Source: an uncultured Desulfatitalea sp. (GTDB lineage: Bacteria > Desulfobacterota > Desulfobacteria > Desulfobacterales > Desulfosarcinaceae). Taken from it: a stretch of 64,000 bases of DNA. The position numbers and the translations under genes were made by a program. Of this stretch, positions 50,599 to 60,633 are shown in pieces; within the stretch, counting starts at the first letter, position 1, and every line of letters starts with the position of its first letter. Where the stretch lies: NCBI GenBank assembly GCA_963668675.2, contig CAXXMB010000002.1, forward strand, positions 3,072,001 to 3,136,000, given 5' to 3'. The notes under the pieces were generated by a model. That model saw nothing but the letters and a program-made list of their open reading frames with translations. It searched no databases and was not told the origin of the DNA.

Positions 50599-51372
50599 AT
50601 GGAAGAGAACTTGCGGTTTCGCAATTTTATATGCAGCAGGGCTGTGATTCCGGCGTTGCTGTTTTTTTTGTTGGTTCAGGCGTGCTCGACGTTGGAGCCG
50701 CCTCGACAGCGGCCGCCTGCTGAACCGGGCCAACCCAAACCATACCGAGTTAACGGCTCATGGTACCAGCCTTTGTCCCATGCCCGCGGTTTCGAGCAGG
50801 AGGGGGTGGCCTCCTGGTATGGTAAGAAGTTTCACGGCCGCAAGACATCCAATGGTGAGATCTATGACATGTATGCGGTTTCGGCGGCGCACAAGACGCT
50901 GCCGTTGGGAACCTATGTGCGCGTTCAAAATTTGAGCAACAATCGCACCCTGGATGTGCGCATCAACGACCGTGGCCCGTTTGTACGCGGACGCATTATC
51001 GATCTCTCCTACGGCGCCGCCAAAAAGCTTGATGTGGTGGCGGCGGGGACTGCGCCGGTAAAAATCTTCGCCCTGGGCGCCCCTGTCGAATCATCGCGGC
51101 CGGGAGAGGCCAAAAAGTATATGCCCCTCGATTACTACTCGGGCAACTTTACTTTTCAGGTGGGGGCGTTCACCGAGCGGGCCAATGCCGAGCGTCTGGT
51201 TCAGCGATTGGATCGGATCTATAAAAATGCCCACCAGGTCCCCTATTTTGACGGCAGCCGCACGTTTTACCGTGTGCGGGTGGGGCTCAGCACCGATCTG
51301 GAAGAGGCTGAGCAGTACGAGCGGCTTTTGAGACAGAGTGGATTTCCGGAGACTTTTATCGTTGCCGAGTAG
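50599..51372 (+). CDS. rlpA: Septal ring lytic transglycosylase RlpA with SPOR domain
   Basis: Lipobox VQAC, GVASWYG, AAHKTLPLG, INDRGPF, IIDLS. Confidence 0.92.
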   Translation: MEENLRFRNFICSRAVIPALLFFLLVQACSTLEPPRQRPPAEPGQPKPYRVNGSWYQPLSHARGFEQEGVASWYGKKFHGRKTSNGEIYDMYAVSAAHKTLPLGTYVRVQNLSNNRTLDVRINDRGPFVRGRIIDLSYGAAKKLDVVAAGTAPVKIFALGAPVESSRPGEAKKYMPLDYYSGNFTFQVGAFTERANAERLVQRLDRIYKNAHQVPYFDGSRTFYRVRVGLSTDLEEAEQYERLLRQSGFPETFIVAE

Positions 51373-51958
51373 TCAAGAGCACATTGAGAAGGTGATTTTT
51401 CTGGATCGTGACGGGGTGATCAATCGTGACTCGCCCGATTACATCAAAAACTGGGATGAATTCGAGTTTCTGCCGGGCAGCCTGGAAGCGATGCGTCTGT
51501 TGAGCGAGGCGGGGTACTGCCTGATCGTGATCACGAACCAGTCGATCATCCATCGAGGCATGGTTCCGCCGGTCGTGCTGGAGGAGACCCATCGGCGCAT
51601 GAAAGCGGCCGTGGTGGCCGCTGGCGGCCAAATTTTCGATATCTTCTTCTGCCCCCATCGTCCGGATGAAAACTGCGCGTGTCGGAAGCCCAAACCCGGT
51701 TTGATCCAACAGGCGTGCCGTCGGTACGGGATCGATCCGGCTGCCGGTGTGATGGTTGGCGACAGTGCCAAGGATATTCTCTGCGGCCGTAATGCCGGAT
51801 GCGGGGCCACGATCCTTGTCCGTACGGGCAACGGGAAAAGCGCTGAGAAGGAGCTGGCCGACCAAATGGTCTGTCCTGGTGCGGTGGTTGCCGACCTGCT
51901 GGCAGCGGCCCATTATATCATTCGACAACAGGGGGTTGGGGAGGGAGCGGGGCCCTGA
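51338..51958 (+). CDS. gmhB: D-glycero-D-manno-heptose bisphosphate phosphatase
   Basis: FLDRDGVIN, TNQS, CPH...CACRKP, MVGD; true start may be a few codons later. Confidence 0.88.
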   Translation: MDFRRLLSLPSSQEHIEKVIFLDRDGVINRDSPDYIKNWDEFEFLPGSLEAMRLLSEAGYCLIVITNQSIIHRGMVPPVVLEETHRRMKAAVVAAGGQIFDIFFCPHRPDENCACRKPKPGLIQQACRRYGIDPAAGVMVGDSAKDILCGRNAGCGATILVRTGNGKSAEKELADQMVCPGAVVADLLAAAHYIIRQQGVGEGAGP

Positions 51959-54138
51959 TGCAAGACCATACGTCCACCCGCCTGGAGGGCCAGATCGAGC
52001 GGGTCACCTTCCGCAGCACCGATACCCACTACATGATCGCCCGGTTTCGGGTCGCAGACCAAGGTAACCTGGTCACCATTTTGGGGCATCTGCCCGATCC
52101 CAGCCCGGGCGAGACGCTGCGCCTGAACGGTTCCTGGAAACATCACCCCAAGTACGGCCAGCAGTTCAACGTATCCCATTTCGAGGTGCTTCTGCCCTCG
52201 GGGGTCGAAGAGATTCGGCGTTACCTCTCTTCGGGGCTGATCAGAGGGATCGGCCCCAAGACAGCCGAGCGGTTGCTGCTCCATTTCAAGGCCGATACCC
52301 TGTCCGTCATTGAAAACGAACCTCACCGGTTGACCGAGGTACGCGGCATCGGGGCCGAAACCGCACGGCATATCGGTGAGGCGTGGCGTTCCCACCATAA
52401 CGTCAGGGCATTGATGGCCTTTCTGCAGGACAACGGGGTCAAGCCGGCCCATGGGGCGCGTATCTACAAAACCTATGGCGCGGAGGCCCTTTCTGTTCTG
52501 CAGCACGAGCCCTATCGTTTGGCCGACGATTTGCCGCGGATCGGCTTCTATATCGCCGACGCCATTGTGCGCCATTCGGAACTGCCGATCGACGAGATTG
52601 AGCGTGCCCGGGCTTGCCTGCGCTATCTGCTCGAGGAGGCGGCCGACGAGGGCCACATGTTCGTGCCCATGCAAGCGCTGGTCGGGCGCTGCAGCACTGC
52701 ATTCAACCTGGACTTCCATGCGGCTCAGGAGGCGCTGGCGCATCTGGTCGAAGCGGAACAGGTGACGGTTTGCCCCGACGCTCCGGACGAACCGGTCTAC
52801 CTGGCGGCACTCTACGATGCCGAGGAGCTGATCGCCCGACGGCTTCGTGTCATGCTCGAGATTCCTGCTCCCGAACCATCCGTGGATGCGGATCAGATCA
52901 TGGCGGCGGTGGTGAAGCGGCTGGCCATTCAGTTGTCCGACACCCAGTTGGCAGTGCTGGAGAGCGTTTTGAGTCACCGCGTGGTGATCATCACCGGCGG
53001 TCCGGGCACCGGCAAGACCACCCTGATCCGGGCCATCGCCGCTGTTTTTAAGGCCGTGGGCCGTGATTGCTTGCTGGCGGCCCCCACAGGGCGGGCGGCG
53101 CGTCGCATGGCCGAGGTGACCGGACGAACGGCCAGCACACTGCACAAACTGCTTGGATTCAATCTGAGTGAGGGGCGGTTCGAACGCGACCAGGACGATC
53201 CCATCGATGCCCAGGCACTGATCGTGGACGAGGCCTCCATGGTGGACGCCCTCCTTATGGGGCACCTGATAAAGGCGCTTCCCCTGCAGGCCCATCTTAT
53301 TCTGGTGGGTGATGTGTTCCAGTTGCCCTCCGTGGGGCCGGGCACGGTACTGGCCGATCTGATCCAGTCCGGGATAGCCCCCACCTTCGAGTTGACAACT
53401 GTGTTTCGCCAGGCTGCCCAGAGCCCGATCATTTCGGGTGCTCACCGGGTGCGTCAGGGCAGCATCCCCGAATGGGATCCGGGTGCGGTGAAAATAGCGT
53501 TACAGCCGTTCACTTTCATAGAGCAGAAGAGTCCTGAGGACGTTTCCCGGGCCATTGTCGATTTGTGTACCCGGCATATTCCCGAGCAGACAGGTATGGA
53601 CGGTGTGCGCCAGGTTCAGGTGCTGACCCCCATGCACAAGGGCGTTGTGGGGACGTTGCACCTGAACCAGATCCTGCAGGCGGCCCTCAACCCCAGGGCC
53701 TCGGGAGGAAAACCAGTCGGCGGACGTTTCTATCTGGACGACAAGGTGATGCATCTGCGCAACAACTACCAGAAGGAGGTTTTCAACGGCGAGATCGGCA
53801 CCATCTGCGAGGTTGATGGAGAACAGGGGCGGCTCAGCGTCGACTACGACGGCCGGCAGGTGATATACGACGAAGCCGATCTGGATGAACTTTCACTGGC
53901 CTACGCCATTTCGGTGCACAAGTCCCAGGGCTCCGAATATCCGGTGATCGTCCTGCCGCTGGTGACCCAGCACTATGTGATGCTTCAGCGCAACCTGCTC
54001 TATACGGCCTTGACCCGTGCCCGGGAGATGGTGGTTCTGGTCGGTTCGGCCAAGGCCGTACGCATCGCGGTCGAGTCCGATCAGCCGCGCAGGCGGCAGA
54101 CCCTTCTGGCGTGGCGGCTTGAAGGGGAGCGTGCCTAA
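51958..54138 (+). CDS. recD2: RecD2-like ATP-dependent helicase
   Basis: TGGPGTGKTT, APTGRAA, VDEASM, YAISVHKSQGSE; HhH motifs. Confidence 0.93.
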   Translation: MQDHTSTRLEGQIERVTFRSTDTHYMIARFRVADQGNLVTILGHLPDPSPGETLRLNGSWKHHPKYGQQFNVSHFEVLLPSGVEEIRRYLSSGLIRGIGPKTAERLLLHFKADTLSVIENEPHRLTEVRGIGAETARHIGEAWRSHHNVRALMAFLQDNGVKPAHGARIYKTYGAEALSVLQHEPYRLADDLPRIGFYIADAIVRHSELPIDEIERARACLRYLLEEAADEGHMFVPMQALVGRCSTAFNLDFHAAQEALAHLVEAEQVTVCPDAPDEPVYLAALYDAEELIARRLRVMLEIPAPEPSVDADQIMAAVVKRLAIQLSDTQLAVLESVLSHRVVIITGGPGTGKTTLIRAIAAVFKAVGRDCLLAAPTGRAARRMAEVTGRTASTLHKLLGFNLSEGRFERDQDDPIDAQALIVDEASMVDALLMGHLIKALPLQAHLILVGDVFQLPSVGPGTVLADLIQSGIAPTFELTTVFRQAAQSPIISGAHRVRQGSIPEWDPGAVKIALQPFTFIEQKSPEDVSRAIVDLCTRHIPEQTGMDGVRQVQVLTPMHKGVVGTLHLNQILQAALNPRASGGKPVGGRFYLDDKVMHLRNNYQKEVFNGEIGTICEVDGEQGRLSVDYDGRQVIYDEADLDELSLAYAISVHKSQGSEYPVIVLPLVTQHYVMLQRNLLYTALTRAREMVVLVGSAKAVRIAVESDQPRRRQTLLAWRLEGERA

Positions 54139-54381
54139 AAAAGCAACTCAACTTTCGGCGTTCAGAATCCGGCGAGTCCAGCAGGTGGCCTGCACCTCGC
54201 GCAAATGCATTCAAGTGCCGCTAAGCTGCAGTTCCGGGCGGCCCGGAAATTACTGGAGAATAATGGATAGCCTCAAAGAATCTTCACTTCGTGTATGGCG
54301 CTCACAGGAATGGCGGAAAAACAAATTTTGGGGTGGTTTACGAACGCGTCAAAGGTTGATCGTGAAACAAGAGGATACGGA

Positions 54382-54828
54382 TCACGAATCGGATTCGGAG
54401 GACGATGGTGTTTCCGATGTGTCGGCGCCCGGAAATTTGAAGAACTGCACCCCCTCTTCGCGCAGGGTCTCCTCCTCTTTTTCCGTGCTCACACCGCGGA
54501 TGTTACGCGGCTCTGTGACACCGTAGTGGATTTTGAGCGCCTCTTTGGCGAATTCGCTGCCCACGTTGTCGAAATTTTTTTCGACATAGTCCGATATGGC
54601 GCGCATGACGATCTCCGCTTCGGCCGGTGTCTTGGGTTTGATCGAAGTGGGTTTTGAACTTTTGATGCCCTTTATCGCAAAGGTGGACGGCAGTCGGGTC
54701 ACTTCGGTATCGTTGCAGACCGGGCAGGCGATCAACTCCTGCTTTTTCTGCTTATCGAACGTTTTGGCGTCTTCAAACCAGCCTTCGAAGCGATGGCCGT
54801 TTGAGCATTGTAAATCGTAAGCAATCAT
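54382..54828 (-). CDS. DUF1178 family protein
   Basis: DLQCSNGHRFEGWF, CPVC, FAKEALKIHYG. Confidence 0.88.
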   Translation of the reverse strand: MIAYDLQCSNGHRFEGWFEDAKTFDKQKKQELIACPVCNDTEVTRLPSTFAIKGIKSSKPTSIKPKTPAEAEIVMRAISDYVEKNFDNVGSEFAKEALKIHYGVTEPRNIRGVSTEKEEETLREEGVQFFKFPGADTSETPSSSESDS

Positions 54829-55023
54829 CCCTTTGCCGTCCTTTGGTGTTGTAACAAAAAATTAAAATATCATGATCGGGTTTCTTTTCAAAGAAATTAT
54901 TGACACAAGCCCCATTTTCATCAAAGAATACGGACCATTCCGGCCCATGTCGACCTCCCAGCCGAAAAGGGGCCGGGTTTTGTAGCGATCCGCGGTGATA
55001 AACCCCCAAGGGAGTATGATTCA

Positions 55024-55686
55024 ATGAATGTTAAGATCAAGTTAGGCCTTTGTTTCGTTCTTTGCATGCTGATGAGTGCAACCATCTGCCATGCTGAAAC
55101 CAGATATGTGTCCGAGGATTTCGAAATTACCATGAGGACCGGGCCTGGTTCGGATCGTAAGATCATTTCGCTGATTGCGTCCGGACGTGAGGTGGAGCTG
55201 ATCAATGAGGGCGATGAGTGGTCCCAGGTTCGACTGGCCAATGGCAAGGAGGGCTGGGTTTTGACGCGCTATCTGACCCAGGTGACGCCCACGGCACTTA
55301 AGCTTGAGCGCTTGGAGAGCAAATATGTCGATGTGATTGAGGAAAACAAGGATCTCAAGGAAAAAATGAGTGAATTGAGCTCCGGCAACCGTACTGTCGG
55401 CAGCGAGCTCAAGAAAACCCAGGATGCGTTGGACAAAACCCAAAAGGCATACGATGCCTTGAAGAAAGAGTCTGCCGAGTTTTTGAAATTCAAGGCCACC
55501 TATGAGAAGAACCTCAAGGAGTTGAAGGAGATGCGTGCCAAGGCGGACAAGTTTGAAAGCGAATTCAATAAATTGGCAAATAATCAGCTCTATGAGGGCT
55601 TTCTTTATGGTGGTGGGTTGGTTTTCCTGGGGCTGATCATCGGATTCATTCTCAAAAAACCCAAGCGCAGATCAGGGTTGATGTAA
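55024..55686 (+). CDS. SH3-domain coiled-coil protein (YgiM/TIGR04211-like)
   Basis: Signal peptide, MRTGPG...EGWV, coiled coil, C-terminal TM. Confidence 0.85.
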   Translation: MNVKIKLGLCFVLCMLMSATICHAETRYVSEDFEITMRTGPGSDRKIISLIASGREVELINEGDEWSQVRLANGKEGWVLTRYLTQVTPTALKLERLESKYVDVIEENKDLKEKMSELSSGNRTVGSELKKTQDALDKTQKAYDALKKESAEFLKFKATYEKNLKELKEMRAKADKFESEFNKLANNQLYEGFLYGGGLVFLGLIIGFILKKPKRRSGLM

Positions 55687-55824
55687 GGAAAAAGTAGGAA
55701 AGTTTAAAGTTGGCGATTTTGACCAAATTTGAAAACAGATAGAATTCCTCTGCTTTCCACTTTCGTAATTTCATACTCTTTTTGAGATAACAACCGCTTC
55801 GAGCGTTGACATAAGACAAGCGAA

Positions 55825-57471
55825 ATGACCGACATAAAAACCGACATCCTGATTATCGGCAGTGGCGTGGCTGGATTGATGTTCGCCCTCAAGGTGGCCG
55901 AGCATGGTACGGTCGCCCTTGTGACGAAGAAAGCCGCCATGGACAGCAACACCAACCTGGCCCAGGGCGGTATCGCCACGGTATTTGGAGAGACGGACAG
56001 TTTCGACCTGCACATCCGGGATACGCTCGCTTCGGGGGATGGTTTGTGCAATCCCGATGTGGTGGAGATGGTCGTCAAGGCGGGCCCCGAACGCATTAAC
56101 GAGCTGATCGGAAGGGGGGTTCGCTTTAACCTGCAGGAGGGTGATGACACCCCAGCGGGCCAGACACCACTGTTCGATTTGGGGCGCGAAGGCGGCCATT
56201 CCCAGAACCGTATTGTGCACGCCCATGACATGACCGGCAAGGAGGTCGAGCAGGTCCTCGTCGATCGGGTCCGCAACCATCCGAATATTCAGCTATATGA
56301 AAATCACGTCGCTATCGATCTGATCACCCACTCCACCCGCATCAGACGTGGCCTGGTCACCACCACCCACGAAGACTTTTGTTGCGGCGCCTATGTGCTC
56401 GAACGCGGCACCCGTCAGGTCAAAACCTTCGCGGCCCACATCACCCTGCTGGCCACGGGCGGTGCGGGCAAGGTTTATCTCTATACCAGCAATCCGGATA
56501 TCGCCACCGGCGACGGGATTGCCATGGCCTATCGGGCCGGCGCAACGGTGGCCAATCTGGAGTTTGTTCAATTTCATCCCACATGCCTCTATCATCCCGA
56601 AGCCAAAAATTTCCTGATTTCGGAGGCGGTGCGTGGGGAGGGGGGGGTGCTGATCGACGCTGCTGGCCGTGCATTCATGGGCGACTACGATCCCCAGAAG
56701 GATTTGGCCTGCCGCGATGTGGTGGCCCGGGCCATCGATACCGAGCTGAAGAAGAGCGGTGACGATTCGGTATTCCTCGACATTACCCATCAGCCGGCAG
56801 ATGAGGTTCGTGAACGGTTTCCCAATATCCATGCAAAATGTCTCACTCTGGGCATCGACATGACCCAAAGCCCCATCCCCGTGGTGCCTGCGGCCCACTA
56901 CCTGTGTGGCGGTGTCGTTACCGATATCCACGGCCGAACAGACATCCTCAACCTATATGCGGTTGGAGAGACGGCCTGTACAGGTCTGCATGGGGCCAAC
57001 CGGTTGGCCAGCAATTCGCTGCTCGAAGCGTTGGTCTACGCCGATGCCGCGGCCAAGGAGGTGATCGGGCAACTGCAGGTCAACTCTTTCAACCCATTGC
57101 CCGAGCCGCCGGCCTGGGACGATGTGGGCACCAGCAATAGTGATGAGATGATCGTCATCACCCACAACTGGGACGAGATTCGACGGTTGATGTGGAACTA
57201 TGTGGGCATCGTGCGTTCGGACAAGCGGCTCGAGCGCGCCCAACGGCGTATCGACATCATCCAGAGCGAAATTCAGGACTACTACTGGCATTTCAAGGTG
57301 GTGCCCGATTTGATTGAATTGCGCAATATCGCCACGGTGGCGGAGCTGATCATCACGTGTGCCAGTCACCGCAAAGAGAGCCGGGGGCTGCATTACAATC
57401 TCGAATATCCGCATCGTGATGACCGGCGCTGGCAAAAAGACACGGTTTTGAGAAGACAGGTCGTAAACTAG
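55825..57471 (+). CDS. nadB: L-aspartate oxidase
   Basis: GSGVAGL, AQGGIA, EGGHS, QFHPT, HGANRLASNSLLE, ESRGLH. Confidence 0.95.
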   Translation: MTDIKTDILIIGSGVAGLMFALKVAEHGTVALVTKKAAMDSNTNLAQGGIATVFGETDSFDLHIRDTLASGDGLCNPDVVEMVVKAGPERINELIGRGVRFNLQEGDDTPAGQTPLFDLGREGGHSQNRIVHAHDMTGKEVEQVLVDRVRNHPNIQLYENHVAIDLITHSTRIRRGLVTTTHEDFCCGAYVLERGTRQVKTFAAHITLLATGGAGKVYLYTSNPDIATGDGIAMAYRAGATVANLEFVQFHPTCLYHPEAKNFLISEAVRGEGGVLIDAAGRAFMGDYDPQKDLACRDVVARAIDTELKKSGDDSVFLDITHQPADEVRERFPNIHAKCLTLGIDMTQSPIPVVPAAHYLCGGVVTDIHGRTDILNLYAVGETACTGLHGANRLASNSLLEALVYADAAAKEVIGQLQVNSFNPLPEPPAWDDVGTSNSDEMIVITHNWDEIRRLMWNYVGIVRSDKRLERAQRRIDIIQSEIQDYYWHFKVVPDLIELRNIATVAELIITCASHRKESRGLHYNLEYPHRDDRRWQKDTVLRRQVVN

Positions 57472-57498
57472 TTATCCCTATAAAGTGAGAGGTGCCAA

Positions 57499-58977
57499 AT
57501 GAAAATCCGGATTACAAGGTTCACACTACTCCTTTCACTGGGGCTTGCCACAGCGCTGCTTTTGGGCTGCGGCGGCGCCGCATTAAAAGTGGCGCCGGCG
57601 GAGAAGAGCGGCAACCCTACCGACATGGTTTACCAGTTGGGAAAAGCGTTGGAGGAGGCAAAAGCCGATCAGGTGGATGTGCTGTCGCCTACCTGGTTCG
57701 CCCGTGCGGTCTCTTCGCATGCCAGTGCCAAGCTGGGGCTCGAGAAGGGGGTTGAGTTGTCCAGAATATTGGATAATATCGCCAACGGTCGCGCTGAACT
57801 TCAACAGGCCGGCGTGGTTGCACTGAGATCCCGCGATCAACTGGCCGATGCCATTGCAGCTCGCAAAGCCGCACAGGTTGTCAATGCGCAGCAGTTCCAA
57901 AAAGAGTATGCCGATGTAGAGAGCGATTTTTTAAAGCTCACCAAAGCCATGGACGAAAGTGATTTTCGTTATGCGCGTGAACGGCAGAAAGATGTCGGTA
58001 ATCGCTACCGTGAACTCGAACTGCGAGCCATCAGCCGGTCTGCGCTGGGCGATGTTCGTCAACTTTTGGTCAAGGCCGAGCAGATGAAGGTCGATAAAAT
58101 CGCGCCCAAATCCTACGCAGAAGCCAAGCAGTCGCTTGCCGGGGCTGAGGCCTTCATCAGCGAGAACCGCTACGACCAGAAGATGATTCGGAGGAAGGCC
58201 GCCGAGGCCCGTTTCATGGCGGAGCGCTCCATGGTCATCGCAGACTCCGGGCGCCGGATCGAAGAGATGCCGCCCGAAGAGAGTGCCTTGTGGATTGAAT
58301 CGTTTCTATCTGAAACCAGTTCAAAGCTGAATCTGACGGATCACCGAAATGCTTCATTCAAGGAGCAGCAAACCGGCATCGTGAGTGCCATCGGCGCTCT
58401 TCAGAAAGAGTTCGCTTCAGCATCCCAAAGCATTCAGGAAAAAAATCGCATGATCCAACGCCTCGGCGAGCGACTGGCTGAAGTCGAGGGCACTTCACAG
58501 CGTGTGAGGTACGACAAAGAGCAACTGGCCGAGGAGAAGCGCTTCAACGAGCAGTTCGTTATCGTCCAGGGCTATTTCACACCCGAAGAGGCCGAGGTTT
58601 ATAAGAAGTACAACGAACTGATCATTCGTCTGAAGGGGATTCAGTTCCCTGTAGGGCAGGCGGTTATCGTGCCGTCGAACTACGATTTGTTGACCAAGGT
58701 CCAGAAGGCGATCGTTACCTTCGGACAGCCAGATGTGGTCATCGAGGGCCATACCGACAGCACCGGATCCCAGGAGAAGAACCAGGCACTTTCGGAGCAG
58801 CGGGCGCAATCGGTGCGTCAGTATTTGATTGCCAACGGGACATTGCCCTCAAAAAAGATCGCTGCGGCGGGGTACGGTTTCTCCAAGCCCATCGCACCCA
58901 ACGAAACGGCCCAGGGCCGGGCCCAGAACCGGCGTATCGATGTGATTATCAAGCCGGAGATGAAGCGGGGAAAATAG
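57499..58977 (+). CDS. OmpA-family lipoprotein with long helical region
   Basis: Lipobox LLGC; EGHTDSTG...LSEQRA, NRRIDV. Confidence 0.88.
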   Translation: MKIRITRFTLLLSLGLATALLLGCGGAALKVAPAEKSGNPTDMVYQLGKALEEAKADQVDVLSPTWFARAVSSHASAKLGLEKGVELSRILDNIANGRAELQQAGVVALRSRDQLADAIAARKAAQVVNAQQFQKEYADVESDFLKLTKAMDESDFRYARERQKDVGNRYRELELRAISRSALGDVRQLLVKAEQMKVDKIAPKSYAEAKQSLAGAEAFISENRYDQKMIRRKAAEARFMAERSMVIADSGRRIEEMPPEESALWIESFLSETSSKLNLTDHRNASFKEQQTGIVSAIGALQKEFASASQSIQEKNRMIQRLGERLAEVEGTSQRVRYDKEQLAEEKRFNEQFVIVQGYFTPEEAEVYKKYNELIIRLKGIQFPVGQAVIVPSNYDLLTKVQKAIVTFGQPDVVIEGHTDSTGSQEKNQALSEQRAQSVRQYLIANGTLPSKKIAAAGYGFSKPIAPNETAQGRAQNRRIDVIIKPEMKRGK

Positions 58978-59019
58978 GCTGGTCGGGCTCTCGGGGTCGG
59001 TTTGGCGATCAACCACCAA

Positions 59020-60291
59020 TCATTCCGAGAGGTTGGTTGCCAGCTGTAGCAACAGGCGCACCGCCCGTGGCATGATCTCCTCGTCAAAATCGAAGTTCTC
59101 GTTGTGATGGCCGCCATAGGTTTGAGAGCAGAGGCCGATATAAGTTGCTTTTCCCCCGTTTCGCAACACTTCGTTCATTATAAAGGTGGCGTCTTCACTG
59201 CCTGCCACAAGGAAGTGGTCGACGATTTCGTCATTTTCAACACCGATTTCCAGACATGCCTTTTTCACTTCTGAAATCAGTTCGGGCGAGTTTTCTGCCG
59301 TTTCGGCATCCGTGATGAAAGTCATGAAGGACTCGACGTTTTGCATCAAGCCGGCCCCGCGCACCACATCTTCGGCCCGACGGCTCAGATAGTCGCAGAT
59401 GTCGTTGGTCTCCCCCCGCAGGTCGAGTACGAAGCGAGCGCTGTCGGAGATGATGTTGGCAGCGTTGTCGGAGACGAAGTTGCCGATATTGATGCGTGAG
59501 GCACCCTGGCTGTGCCGGGAGAGGCCGTAGAGTTGGGTGACGGCGCTGCAGGCGGCCAGCAGGGCATTCTGGCCTGCTTCGGGAGAGGCACCGGCATGTG
59601 CGCAACGCCCTTTGAAGGCGATGTCGTACCGTTTGTCCGCCAGGAACGATACCCCGCAGATGATGTTTCGGTTGGGGATCAGGCCCAGGTGGGTTGCGAA
59701 AAAGTAGTCCAGGGTTTTGACGCATTGAAGTTTTGAGAAGATTTTGCCCCCGCGGATCGTCTCTTCGGCGGGTTGGAAGAAGATGTAGTACTCCCCTTTG
59801 AGGTATTCTGAGGCTTGGGCCAGCGTTTTGGCCAGCATCAGGCCGATGGCGATGTGGCCGTCGTGGCCGCAGGCGTGCATGTTTCCGTTTGTAGCGTAGA
59901 ACCCTTCGGCAAAGGGTCGGTGGGCATTGTCGGTCGATTCGGTCAAGGGCAGTGCATCGATGTCGAACCGGAAGCCGAATTTTGGGCCGGCTGCTTTGCC
60001 ATTGATCACGGCGACCGCCCCTGTGCGGCCGTTGAGTATTTCGATCCACGCTCTGTTCTTTTCGCTCGATGGGGCGGCGGTGCTGCGGCTTTCCTCCCAG
60101 ACCTTGAGCAGTTCAGGCTCGGGGAAGTTTTCGTACAGACGGTCGCCGCAGATCAGGGTGCAGTCGATCTGGGAGAGGTATTGACAGATGGCGGCCGTTG
60201 TCTGGAATTCGTTAAAGCCGATCTCCGGGCATCGGTGGAACATGCGCCGTAAGGTGGTCAGTTCGGACAGCATTTCCTGTTCATTGTCCAT
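59020..60291 (-). CDS. M20 family amidohydrolase (AbgA-like)
   Basis: HRCPEIG, RFDIDAL, MHACGHDGH, FQPAEE, GSEDA. Confidence 0.88.
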   Translation of the reverse strand: MDNEQEMLSELTTLRRMFHRCPEIGFNEFQTTAAICQYLSQIDCTLICGDRLYENFPEPELLKVWEESRSTAAPSSEKNRAWIEILNGRTGAVAVINGKAAGPKFGFRFDIDALPLTESTDNAHRPFAEGFYATNGNMHACGHDGHIAIGLMLAKTLAQASEYLKGEYYIFFQPAEETIRGGKIFSKLQCVKTLDYFFATHLGLIPNRNIICGVSFLADKRYDIAFKGRCAHAGASPEAGQNALLAACSAVTQLYGLSRHSQGASRINIGNFVSDNAANIISDSARFVLDLRGETNDICDYLSRRAEDVVRGAGLMQNVESFMTFITDAETAENSPELISEVKKACLEIGVENDEIVDHFLVAGSEDATFIMNEVLRNGGKATYIGLCSQTYGGHHNENFDFDEEIMPRAVRLLLQLATNLSE

Positions 60292-60448
60292 GGTCGGGTG
60301 TGCGCCCATTTGTGCTTTTCTCCCTATAAGTCACATACAAACCCCAAAGTTGATATGTCAAATTATAGCACATGCACACCCGGCTTGCCAGTGGAGGCGT
60401 TTCGGGAAAAAGGAAAGAGGGTTGCTATGTCGGCGTTGGATAGGTGTT

Positions 60449-60607
60449 TCACCAGAGGCCTGTTTTGGCCAAAAGGCCCATCAGCAGCATTGCCATGGTC
60501 AGACAGAAAAAGAGGGTCCGTTCAGCCTCTCTGGTGAAGTGAATTCGGCCTTTCGGCCGAATCCGATGTTCAACTTCGCTTTTTGGGGGAGTTGCTTTTT
60601 TAAACAC
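60449..60607 (-). CDS. Small single-TM protein downstream of the SLC13 permease
   Basis: GGAG RBS + GTG 60607; VFKK...ERTLFFCLTMAMLLMGLLAKTGLW. Confidence 0.5.
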   Translation of the reverse strand: MFKKATPPKSEVEHRIRPKGRIHFTREAERTLFFCLTMAMLLMGLLAKTGLW

Positions 60608-60633
60608 CTTTCGTGACTCCTTTCCGATTCGCT

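Noticed and set aside
51913..53445. 510-aa antisense ORF and similar long shadow ORFs (e.g. 41378-42664, 61123-62151)
   Set aside because: They lie opposite well-supported genes in GC-rich DNA and show no motifs
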